DNA from: Phycisphaeraceae bacterium | GTDB taxonomy: Bacteria > Planctomycetota > Phycisphaerae > Phycisphaerales > UBA1924 | Direction: 5' to 3' | DNA: 64,000 nucleotides | Assembly: GCA_019636495.1 (NCBI GenBank) | Contig: JAHBXL010000014.1 | Coordinates: 54,061-118,060 of the forward strand | In this document: positions 19,601-26,789 of the stretch, in pieces | Layout of the letters: each line of letters starts with the position of its first letter | Position numbering within the stretch: position 1 is the first letter of the stretch | Notes under the pieces: generated by a model | Database searches by the model: none | What the model was told of the DNA's origin: nothing | The model's input: the letters and a program-made list of their open reading frames with translations, nothing else | Made by a program: the position numbers and the translations under genes

Positions 19601-22455
19601 TTCGCGCCGATGTCGCCGCCCGGCGCGCCGACGGCGAGCGTGTCGCCCCAGATGCTCACCGATTGGCCGAAAAGGTCCGCGGCCGCGCCATCGAATGCCG
19701 TGAGGTGCGCCTGCTGCGACCACGATGAGCCGTTGCGGGCAAAGACATGGACCGAGCCCCGGTCGGTTGCTGCGCCCACATCGTCCAGCGCCGCTCCCAC
19801 CACCGCCCAATCGCCCCAGACCGCGACGGCGTTGCCGAACCGATCATCCTCCGCACCGGCCGCGGCCTCCAACTTCGCCTGCTGGCTCCACGATGTGCCC
19901 GTGCGCGTGAACACGTACGCCGCGCCCTGGTCGCTGTTGCCGCCGATGTCGGCCAGCAGCGCGCCCACCACCACCGTGTCCGCCCAGATCGACACCGCGC
20001 GCCCGAAGGCATCCTGCGCAGCGCCATCCTCGGCGATGACCCTGGCCTGCTGCGTCCAGGTCGTGCCCATGCGCGTGAAGATGTACGCCGAGCCGTGGTT
20101 GTTCACACCGCCGGTATCGTCCCCCGGCGCGCCGACAACGATGGTGTCCCCATCAATGGCCACCGATGAGCCGAAGTTGTCGTCCGCGGCACCATCGGCC
20201 GCGGTCAACACGGCCTCGTGCACCCAGCCCGACCCGGTCCATCGGTACACGTGGGCCGAGCCCTGGTTGGCATTGGCGCCGACATCATCTCCATCAGAGC
20301 CCACCACCAGCGTGTCGCCATCGATCGCCACCGCGCCACCGTAGCGGTCGTTCGCAGCGCCCGAGGGCGGCCCGAGTTGAACGGGCGTGCTCCGCGGCGA
20401 GGTAAAGGACTCGACCGTGATCTCCGGACCCGGTGGCGGCGGCTCGGCCGGCAAGGCCACGCGGCGGATACGGTTGACGCCAAGCCCCGCATCCGAGATG
20501 TACACCGCGCCATCGGGGCCGACGCCCACGCCGCCGAGTTGGGTGAAGGTCGCATCGAGCGCGGGCCCGCCATCGCCGGTGTTGCCGATTGCGCCGGTAC
20601 CGGCAAAGAAGGAGATCTCGCCGAGCGCGAGGTCAGCGCGCCACACGCGATGCGCGCCACCGATGAGCAGACGGCCCTGACCATCGACCGCGACATCGAC
20701 GGCGAAACCGAGATTCGCCGTGTTCGGCGACCCGCTCGCACCGCTCCCGCCGCCCCCGCCGGCGACGATCGACCAGGTGGAAGTGGCGGTGTTGTAGCGG
20801 TGGATGCGCGAGTTTCCAGTACGGTCGAGTACATACACATTCTCGGCCGCATCGACCGCGACTCGGCGCGGATCGATAAACACGTCCGACAGCGATGTGA
20901 TGATCCCGGTGACAGCATCGACGCGGCGGAGGGCGAAATTGCTCGTGTCGGCAATATAGATATCGCCATCGGGCGCGACAGCGACACCTTCCGGGACCGC
21001 CAATCGTGCAGAAGTCGCCGGACCGCCATCGCCCGTGTAGCCGATCAACCCGTTGCCCGCAACGGTCGTGATGATGCCGGTGTTGCGGTCAATGCGGCGG
21101 ATGCGGTGGTTGGAGGCGTCGCAGAAGAACACATTGCCAGCGCTGTCAACGGCGATTCCGAGCGAGGCAGCAATCTGTGCCGCGGTGCCCGGCCCGCCAT
21201 CGCCGGAGTATCCCAATGAGCCCGTGCCCGCGATGGTTGTGATAATGCCCGTCGCGGCATCCACACGGCGAATGCGGAAATGGGTGTTGTCGACGATGAA
21301 CACATTGCCGCTCGCATCGACCGCGACGCCCTGTGGCGCTGCGAGTTGCGCTGCCGACGCTGGCCCGCCATCGCCCAGACTCGCGCCACCGCCCGCGAAG
21401 GCGTTGATGATCAGAGGGGGCGGCGGCGGCGGTGGCGGCGCCACGCGTCGGATGCGGTTGACGCCAAGCCCCGAATCCGAGATGTACACCGCGCCATCGG
21501 GTCCGCTCCCGACACCCCCGAGCAGCACAAAGGTCGCATCGAGCGCTGGTCCGCCATCGCCATCATCCCCCTCCGCGCCGGTTCCGGCAAAGAAGGAAAT
21601 CTCGTCGAGCGCGAGGTCGGCGCGCCACACGCGCCGAGTACCGGCAATGAGCAAGCGGCCCTGGCCATCCACAGCGATGTCGCGGGCGACACCGAGATTC
21701 GCCGTGTTCGGCGACCCGCTCGCACCGCTCCCGCCGCCCCCGCCGGCGACGATCGACCAGGTGGAAGTGGCGGTGCTGTAGCGGTGGATGCGCGAAGAAC
21801 TGCTGCGGTCCATCACGTAGACGTTCTCGGCCGCATCGACCGCGACTCGGCGCGGATCGAGAAAAACGTCAGACAGCGATGTGATGATCCCGGTGACGGC
21901 ATCGACGCGGCGGAGGGCGAAGTTCTGCGTATCGGCGATGTAGATATCCCCATCCGGCGCGATGGCGACACCTTGAGGAAGTGCAAGCCGCGCGGAAGTC
22001 GCCGGACCGCCATCGCCCGTGTAGCCGAACAGGCCGTTGCCCGCAACGGTCGTGATGATGCCGGTGTTGCGGTCAATGCGGCGGATGCGGTTGTTGGAGA
22101 AGTCGCAAAAGTAGACATTCCCCACGCCATCGACGGCGATGCCGATCGTTCCCGAGATCATGGCCGCCGTCCCCGGTCCGCCATCGCCGGAGTATCCGAA
22201 TGTTCCCGTTCCCGCGATGGTGGTGATGATGCCCGTCGCGCCATCCACACGGCGAATGCGGAAGTGGGTGTTGTCGGCGATGAACACATTGCCGCTCGCA
22301 TCGACCGCGACGCCTTGTGGCGCTGCGAGTTGCGCTGCCGAAGCCGGCCCGCCATCGCCCAGACTCGCGCCACCGCCCGCGAAGGCGTTGATGGTCTGTG
22401 CACAAGCCATCGACCCACACAGCAGAACCGCTGCCGCGAACATCGACTTCAACAT
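16663..22455 (-). CDS. giant secreted multidomain protein: 2x NHL-repeat modules, about 14 FG-GAP-like repeats, beta-helix-like region, C-terminal dockerin-like DIFAFL..WFA module
   Basis: Signal peptide MLKSMFAAAVLLCGSMACAQ. NHL-like units (GVAVDASGNVFIADNTHFRIRRVD). About 14 repeats of D.FG.SVAI.GDT.VVGA. The C-terminus is CPADFDGDGVVGVPDIFAFLAAWFAYEPRADFDNNGVLAVPDIFAFLSAWFAGCP. Confidence 0.85.
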   Translation of the reverse strand: MLKSMFAAAVLLCGSMACAQTINAFAGGGASLGDGGPASAAQLAAPQGVAVDASGNVFIADNTHFRIRRVDGATGIITTIAGTGTFGYSGDGGPGTAAMISGTIGIAVDGVGNVYFCDFSNNRIRRIDRNTGIITTVAGNGLFGYTGDGGPATSARLALPQGVAIAPDGDIYIADTQNFALRRVDAVTGIITSLSDVFLDPRRVAVDAAENVYVMDRSSSSRIHRYSTATSTWSIVAGGGGGSGASGSPNTANLGVARDIAVDGQGRLLIAGTRRVWRADLALDEISFFAGTGAEGDDGDGGPALDATFVLLGGVGSGPDGAVYISDSGLGVNRIRRVAPPPPPPPPLIINAFAGGGASLGDGGPASAAQLAAPQGVAVDASGNVFIVDNTHFRIRRVDAATGIITTIAGTGSLGYSGDGGPGTAAQIAASLGIAVDSAGNVFFCDASNHRIRRIDRNTGIITTVAGNGLIGYTGDGGPATSARLAVPEGVAVAPDGDIYIADTSNFALRRVDAVTGIITSLSDVFIDPRRVAVDAAENVYVLDRTGNSRIHRYNTATSTWSIVAGGGGGSGASGSPNTANLGFAVDVAVDGQGRLLIGGAHRVWRADLALGEISFFAGTGAIGNTGDGGPALDATFTQLGGVGVGPDGAVYISDAGLGVNRIRRVALPAEPPPPGPEITVESFTSPRSTPVQLGPPSGAANDRYGGAVAIDGDTLVVGSDGDDVGANANQGSAHVYRWTGSGWVHEAVLTAADGAADDNFGSSVAIDGDTIVVGAPGDDTGGVNNHGSAYIFTRMGTTWTQQARVIAEDGAAQDAFGRAVSIWADTVVVGALLADIGGNSDQGAAYVFTRTGTSWSQQAKLEAAAGAEDDRFGNAVAVWGDWAVVGAALDDVGAATDRGSVHVFARNGSSWSQQAHLTAFDGAAADLFGQSVSIWGDTLAVGAPGGDIGANANQGSVYVYVRTGAAWNPQAKVTASPGTANANLGHSVALHGDTLAAGAWLETIDGASNRGAMYIFARSGAAWMQQARLAAPDGTAMDQFGAAVALWGDTAVGGAPFDDVEGNTDQGSAWVFSRLGTKWIGPDLMLLASDGAANDEFGTVVAIDGDTIVVGSPRSDVGGDLDRGAAYVFVRSGLSWVQQAKLTAADGAASDRFGAAVAIKGDTIVVGAPNHDVDAFTDTGAAYVFVRSSATWTQQAKLTTSTGVGLQASQRFGSAVALVSESIAFIGAPGRTVGDAFARGLAFRYTRSGSTWSQASFGPFDCGDCFGYGYGGRIIASANRVVVVTVPQFTGSNGEVYALVPGQFGGWESDGRIGTGVPGQDDNFAFSVALQGTTVLVGAPGKSMQGLLNVGLVYVFERTSGGWVEQAQLVAPDARVNGFFGRSVALDGDRAYIGALNDTESTLSNRGLVYVFSRNGTTWTEQGKLVVADAAAQDQLAWSLAAAEGTVFAGAYLDDVGSNSNQGSVRLFEVPRDGLAFAANNSLGTAHASLAAALLGAQSGHQITATQQAWADIGSLDTLGRSLGLNSTGDLRTPSTSILTLGGSSFLAAAPGQSLDIFGQVRSSAGSSVDLIGEMFSLGSRGTLTARINSSLTINAAEVCFDGPVRVEQGAALNLIGGSGATVIAPTTFLSNSSMIADGPFVNLDTFNMSGGGLAAPLFWNRSAVNIFGSTAQFGDYRNESGATTTIRSGTLYIFGTLVNNGTIIGPVCSGCLGGPPAVEVSGNLIIGPDADLRMTADDAAVLVGGNFDCAINSHTRFNLAAATLRMEGPGGERTLEVMSRDMGPVASGLDSAVAGQYPLGQLVIGPAPTIVRLVDQHDNDNLGQGACEAVYVDTLRIHAGSRLINPACKVYYNTLINHGVVDVPGNLVQIAPPCPADFDGDGVVGVPDIFAFLAAWFAYEPRADFDNNGVLAVPDIFAFLSAWFAGCP
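20455..22392 (-). repeat. tandem duplication, 2 x approximately 984 bp (328 codons), inside the giant gene
   Basis: aa 22-339 and aa 350-667 are near-identical (INAFAGGGASLGDGGPASAAQLAAPQGVAVDASGNVFI... through GVNRIRRVA), separated by a Pro8 linker. Confidence 0.85.
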
Positions 22456-22604
22456 GATGCACGCCCTTTCGCTTCCGATCTGCCCCGTGCCGCCGCCATC
22501 GCGGACCCCGAGAGACCCCGGACCTTGACCGCAACGCCGTATGGACTACCCCCGCCGCGGCGGCGATTGGACAGGTGCCCGAGAAATTTCCGCGGATTTC
22601 TTTT

Positions 22605-22690
22605 GCCCCCAGCCCTCCTCCCCGTCCTCCGCCCCCCCCCTCGCCCCCCTTCCACCCACCCCGCCTCCCGGCCACCCCCCGCCGCCCCTG
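22605..22690. repeat. C-rich (G-rich on minus strand) low-complexity tract with a C9 homopolymer
   Basis: ccccagccctcctccccgtcctccgccccccccctcgccccccttccacccaccccgcctcccggccaccccccgccgcccc. C9 run at 22632-22640. Lies 150-235 nt upstream of the giant gene start on its coding strand. Confidence 0.8.
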
Positions 22691-22819
22691 AACCGGCAGG
22701 GACAAGCAGACCGAGCGCGCACTCTGAGCCTCAGCGGCCACTCAAGCCACATACTGGCAGAGACTTCCGCCGCGAACCGGAACTTGATCCCCCGCCTCTC
22801 CCCCCCAACCCGCCGCCTC

Positions 22820-22860
22820 AAAAAGCACAAACCCCCGCGACTCAATCGACTTCGCAGGGG
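22820..22860 (-). terminator. rho-independent-like terminator (minus strand), probably the original tRNA-Phe terminator displaced by the insertion
   Basis: CCCCGCGA (22833-22840) and TCGCAGGGG (22852-22860) form a stem with one bulge. On the minus strand it is followed by TTTGTGCTTTTT (rc of 22820-22831). It lies 35 nt beyond the orphan tRNA 3' copy. Confidence 0.45.
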
Positions 22861-22894
22861 CGTTCAAGGATTCCGGCCGAAGCGGCGAGACAAG

Positions 22895-22918
22895 CAATGG
22901 GCAGGGCCGGACTTGAAC
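22895..22918. repeat. att direct repeat, left copy (orphan 3' end of tRNA-Phe)
   Basis: CAATGGGCAGGGCCGGACTTGAAC is identical to 31165-31188. Confidence 0.8.
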
Positions 22919-23141
22919 ACCCCCGGGAATCGCCGGGAAACAAGGGTGTTTCACTTTCAAGCGGCGCAAAATGCGGCGCACTTGGCGGCGATTCTGCCCC
23001 AACACCGACCCCGGCGACGCCCACCGATCCCGAGTTGGCGGCGGTGGTCGCGGCATGGCCGACGATCCCCCCGGCGGTGCGGGCGGCCATCGTGGCGATG
23101 GCGAAGGCGAGCGGCCCGGCCAAGGGCGGGAGGGGCGAGCG

Positions 23142-23489
23142 ATGACCGGTACACCGTCACCAAACGGATCGAACGGCCACCCGCCAACGTTCGGCCGCGA
23201 TGGACGCGGGCGGTTCGCAGAGGGCAATCGCGGCGGGCCGGGCAATCCGCACGCCCGGCGGACGGCCGAACTCCGGGCCGCGATGCTGGGGGCGGTATCC
23301 GCCGACGATGTACGCGACGTGATCCGCGCTCTGGTGGAGCGTGCGCGCACGGGCGACACGGCCGCGGCGCGTGAACTGCTAGACCGCACGCTGGGCAAGG
23401 CGGGCGACGCCGCGGACCTGCTGGCGCGGCTTGACGAACTCGAATCGAGGATCGCGGGTACGGGCAGTTTCGGGGAGGCTTTCCAATGA
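23142..23489 (+). CDS. small element protein, DUF5681-like (GRFAEGNRGGPGNP motif)
   Basis: ATG at 23142. GRDGRGRFAEGNRGGPGNPHARR followed by a helical region (ALVERARTGDTAAARELLDR) resembles small phage/plasmid DUF5681 proteins, from memory. Confidence 0.5.
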   Translation: MTGTPSPNGSNGHPPTFGRDGRGRFAEGNRGGPGNPHARRTAELRAAMLGAVSADDVRDVIRALVERARTGDTAAARELLDRTLGKAGDAADLLARLDELESRIAGTGSFGEAFQ

Positions 23490-23710
23490 CAGACGCCAAA
23501 GAACGAATCCGCCGGCTGGAACTCGCCACGTCGCGTCGGCGCGGGCCGGCGTGCGCGGTCAACGTCGCGGCCCTTCAGACCTTGGCGGCGGACCCTGCCA
23601 CGTGGGCGCGGTTCGCGGCCCTCTCGGACAGACTCGGCAAGGGCGAGCGCGTCCGGGATCAAGAGTGGCGCGAACTCGCGGAACTCGCCGAGCGGAAGGC
23701 GGACCGATGA
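23486..23710 (+). CDS. hypothetical element protein (74 aa)
   Basis: The ORF start overlaps the upstream stop (ATGA at 23486-23489). No recognisable domain. Confidence 0.45.
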   Translation: MTDAKERIRRLELATSRRRGPACAVNVAALQTLAADPATWARFAALSDRLGKGERVRDQEWRELAELAERKADR

Positions 23711-23964
23711 CCGCGCCACGGAATCGGCTGCTGAGGCTGGAGCGTGCGATCATCCGCCACGGTCGCGTTTGTCCGGCGTGCGCTGCGGCCACGCTGACCG
23801 CGACGCCCCCGCCGGTTGTACGGCGCATCCGTGATCCGGTCCCTGCCAGCGCGCCACCCACGCCCTGCGCGGCGTGCGGCGCGGTGCCGGTGGTGGTGCG
23901 GATTCTCCCGCCACGTTCTGCGCGGGCGTGGGTAGACTGGGCGGCAAACGGGCATCGGGATTGA
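23707..23964 (+). CDS. hypothetical element protein with two CxxC pairs (zinc-ribbon-like)
   Basis: ATG at 23707 overlaps the upstream stop (ATGA). CPAC ... CAAC spaced about 40 aa apart. Confidence 0.45.
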   Translation: MTAPRNRLLRLERAIIRHGRVCPACAAATLTATPPPVVRRIRDPVPASAPPTPCAACGAVPVVVRILPPRSARAWVDWAANGHRD

Positions 23965-24052
23965 TCCCCCGATGAACGGATCGGGCTGGGGTCTTTGGCG
24001 CTCACTCGCCCCAAGACCCCGCCCGACCGGCCCGAGAAAGGCGAGTGAACCA

Positions 24053-25882
24053 ATGGCACGGAAGCCCACGCCGGCGAAGGCGAAGAAACCGAAGGCATCG
24101 CCCCCGACGCCGGTCCCGGCGACGACGACCGATCATGCGATCGCGGGAGCCGGTCCCGGTGATCCTGTCTCTGACGCCCTGACCCGCCACGAAGCGCAGA
24201 GGAAAGCGGACGAAGCGAAACTACTCGCCGATCCGGTGTTCCGTGCTGCTGCTGAACACGGCAAGCGATGGGAGTTGGCACAACGCGCGGCGGCGGACGC
24301 GGCCGCGCCGTTCCGGGCGGAAGTGGACAAACTGATCGCGGATCATCCGCACGGGTACGCGCCCGAGTCGGAGACGGCACGGCGCTTCGACGCGCTCAAG
24401 TGGGCGATTCAAGACGCGGAAACGAAGGCATACGCGGCGCATGGTTTCCAGCAAACGACGGCCCCCAAGTCGCCCGCTGACCTGCTGGCACGGTTGAAGC
24501 GGGTCGAACTCAACTGGTGGTTTGACCTGCAAGAAACCGCAAACCTGCCCCGCCCGAGTGAACTTCTCTGGCAGGATGCGGAAGGGCTGCGGAAGCGCGA
24601 TCCCTTTCTCCCCGAGTTGCCCGCTAAGCCCGACGCGGGGAGAGAGCGGTACGCGGCCCTTATCCGCTGGTGCGAAGATTGCGCGCGTGCTCGCAACGAA
24701 AGCCCCGCCGATCAAGCATTCGGCGCGGCCCGCGCGTTCGTTGAATACCTGGCGATGGTGGCGCAACGCGCCCGCGAGTATCGCCCAAGCCCCGACAAAC
24801 CCGACGCATGGCAAGACGTGGCGTTCAACTTCGCCGAAGCGTTCATCGCGTGGTTTGACCTGACGCACCTGCTGACGCCGGCGGTTTGCACCGAAGCCCG
24901 GCGGGTGTATCCGCCCGGCGCGGCGTCGATCAAGTTGCGAGCGAGCAACGAAACGGCCCCGGTTGTACCGGCCATGCCGGCGAGCGTGGTAAACGGGTTG
25001 GCGGTGTATCGACGGGTGACGCTGGGCGCGACGCCCTACCCCACGGTGATCGAAGCGGTGGCCGATGAGTTGGGGGTCTACTTCCGAAACGCGGTCTACA
25101 CCGGGCGGCGGCATCCTCTGGAACCCGACCTAGACCGATTGATCGGCGAAGCGAAGGCCCGCGCAACGGCGCGGCAAGTCGCCCAAGGCAAACCGGCGGA
25201 ACCGATGGGGTGGCGCGCGGACCTAGACGAACTGAGGGCGAAGGAAACCCGCGCGGTGGTGCGGGAACGGCTGGGGGTCAAGACCTACGGCGACGGTCAA
25301 GACCTGATGATGCGCGAATGGACCGGCCAAGACCGGGCGCGGGGTGAATCGGCGCTTTGGCTGCTGCGGTGCGATGGGATCAACTTCGCGGACCTGCGGA
25401 TGCAACTGGTGCGCGAAGCCGAAGCGGTGATCGCGTCGGCGAACAAGCCCCGCGCCCCGACAATCGACCCCGAACTACTGCAACGGCTGGAAGCCGGCAT
25501 CGCGGCGGTTCATTCCATCGGGAGCAACTTCGATGCTGGCATGGCGCGGGTCGGGCGCGTGATCGAATCCCTGGGCACACAGGATGACAACAACGGCGAC
25601 GCGAAGCCCCCGGCCCTGTCCGCTGGTGTGGAGGCGATCGACGAACACGACGCGGCGCTACTGGCGTTTCTCAATCGAAACCCAAGTCTGCGGCGCAAGG
25701 TTTCGGACGTGCTGCCCGACAAAGGACCACAAGACCGAAAGGCGGTAGCGAAGCGACTGCGGAAGTTGGCCGATCGAACGCCCCCGCTAGTGGACTACCC
25801 GAAGGATGGACGGTCGGGCGTGGTGATACTGCCCGCTGGGTCGGAAGCGTTGAAGCGAGCGACCGCGCCGACGCCCCGCTAA
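24053..25882 (+). CDS. 609-aa orphan element protein, Lys/Pro-rich N-terminus, helical body, C-terminal winged-helix-like segment
   Basis: ATG at 24053 (MARKPTPAKAKKPKASPP), in frame within ORF 23972..25882. No motif I recognise. The C-terminus (AALLAFLNRNPSLRRKVSDVL...AVAKRLRKLADRTPPLVDYPKDGRSGVVILPAG) looks wHTH-like. Confidence 0.65.
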   Translation: MARKPTPAKAKKPKASPPTPVPATTTDHAIAGAGPGDPVSDALTRHEAQRKADEAKLLADPVFRAAAEHGKRWELAQRAAADAAAPFRAEVDKLIADHPHGYAPESETARRFDALKWAIQDAETKAYAAHGFQQTTAPKSPADLLARLKRVELNWWFDLQETANLPRPSELLWQDAEGLRKRDPFLPELPAKPDAGRERYAALIRWCEDCARARNESPADQAFGAARAFVEYLAMVAQRAREYRPSPDKPDAWQDVAFNFAEAFIAWFDLTHLLTPAVCTEARRVYPPGAASIKLRASNETAPVVPAMPASVVNGLAVYRRVTLGATPYPTVIEAVADELGVYFRNAVYTGRRHPLEPDLDRLIGEAKARATARQVAQGKPAEPMGWRADLDELRAKETRAVVRERLGVKTYGDGQDLMMREWTGQDRARGESALWLLRCDGINFADLRMQLVREAEAVIASANKPRAPTIDPELLQRLEAGIAAVHSIGSNFDAGMARVGRVIESLGTQDDNNGDAKPPALSAGVEAIDEHDAALLAFLNRNPSLRRKVSDVLPDKGPQDRKAVAKRLRKLADRTPPLVDYPKDGRSGVVILPAGSEALKRATAPTPR

Positions 25883-25943
25883 TGCCCCCTTCCTGCCGCG
25901 CAGAATCCCCACGGTAGAAACGCCCACGCCCTTTCGTGTGGGC

Positions 25944-26159
25944 ATGATCGAAGAAAACAAGAAACCGTTGTACCTGGGAGCGATGGCCCGCCGGTTGCGC
26001 GTCCCCGCGACGTGGCTGCGGGCCGAAGCCGAAGCGGGACGAATCCCGCACCTGCGCGCGGGTAGTGCGCTGCTGTTCGATCCCGAAGTAGTGGAGCGGA
26101 TCGTTTTCGATCGGCTGCGCGAATCGTCCACGCCGGCGAAGGGGGTGTCGCGTGGCTGA
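25944..26159 (+). CDS. excisionase/MerR-type helix-turn-helix DNA-binding protein
   Basis: MIEENKKPLYLGAMARRLRVPATWLRAEAEAGRIPHLRAGSALLFDPEVV is typical of excisionase-family HTH proteins. Confidence 0.6.
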   Translation: MIEENKKPLYLGAMARRLRVPATWLRAEAEAGRIPHLRAGSALLFDPEVVERIVFDRLRESSTPAKGVSRG

Positions 26160-26367
26160 ACTCCCGAACATTCCGGGCGCGGCCCCGTTGGCGATGCGCC
26201 CGAAAGACGCGGCGAAGGCACTGGGCATCGGGCAACGCAAGTTGTGGGAACTCTCCCAACCACGCGGGCCGATCCCGTGCGTTCGCATCGGCTGTTGTGT
26301 GCTGTACCCCTACGCCCTGCTGCAAGCATGGCTGGCCGAGCAAGCGGCCAAGGGGGGCGAGCAATGA
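26152..26367 (+). CDS. AlpA/excisionase-like HTH protein
   Basis: MRPKDAAKALGIGQRKLWELSQPRGPIPCVRIGCCVLYPYALLQAWL. GTG at 26152 (8-nt overlap) or ATG at 26194. Confidence 0.55.
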   Translation: MAELPNIPGAAPLAMRPKDAAKALGIGQRKLWELSQPRGPIPCVRIGCCVLYPYALLQAWLAEQAAKGGEQ

Positions 26368-26789
26368 ACACGCCCCCAAGAAACGACGCGGCCCCGTCTG
26401 GCAACGGGGCGAGCGCCAATCGGTCGAACACTTCACCCGATTCTACGTTGGCCCGGCTGCCCCTGACCCCACCCGCGCGGCACAACGCGCCGGCGGGTAC
26501 GTCCGGCGTCGCGGCGGATCGGATCGCCGTCCACGCGAAAGACCTGCGCGCCCGCGTCCTGGCGTTCATCGTCGGCCAAGGCCCGCACGGCGCAACCGAC
26601 GACGAAGGGGAAGCGGCGCTGGGGATCAAGTGTCAGACGTACACGCCCCGGCGCGGTGAACTTGTCGCCCTGGGGCTGGTGGTCGATTCGGGACGCCGGC
26701 GGAACACGGTGAGCGGTCGCCCGGCGGCGGTGTGGGTGACGCCCAACCACGCCCCCCCCACGCCGAAGCCGGAAGGGGGTGCGGCATGA
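26364..26789 (+). CDS. hypothetical element protein with winged-helix-like C-terminal half
   Basis: ATGA overlap at 26364-26367. LRARVLAFIVGQGPHGATDDEGEAALGIKCQTYTPRRGELVALGLVVDSGRRR. Confidence 0.5.
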   Translation: MNTPPRNDAAPSGNGASANRSNTSPDSTLARLPLTPPARHNAPAGTSGVAADRIAVHAKDLRARVLAFIVGQGPHGATDDEGEAALGIKCQTYTPRRGELVALGLVVDSGRRRNTVSGRPAAVWVTPNHAPPTPKPEGGAA

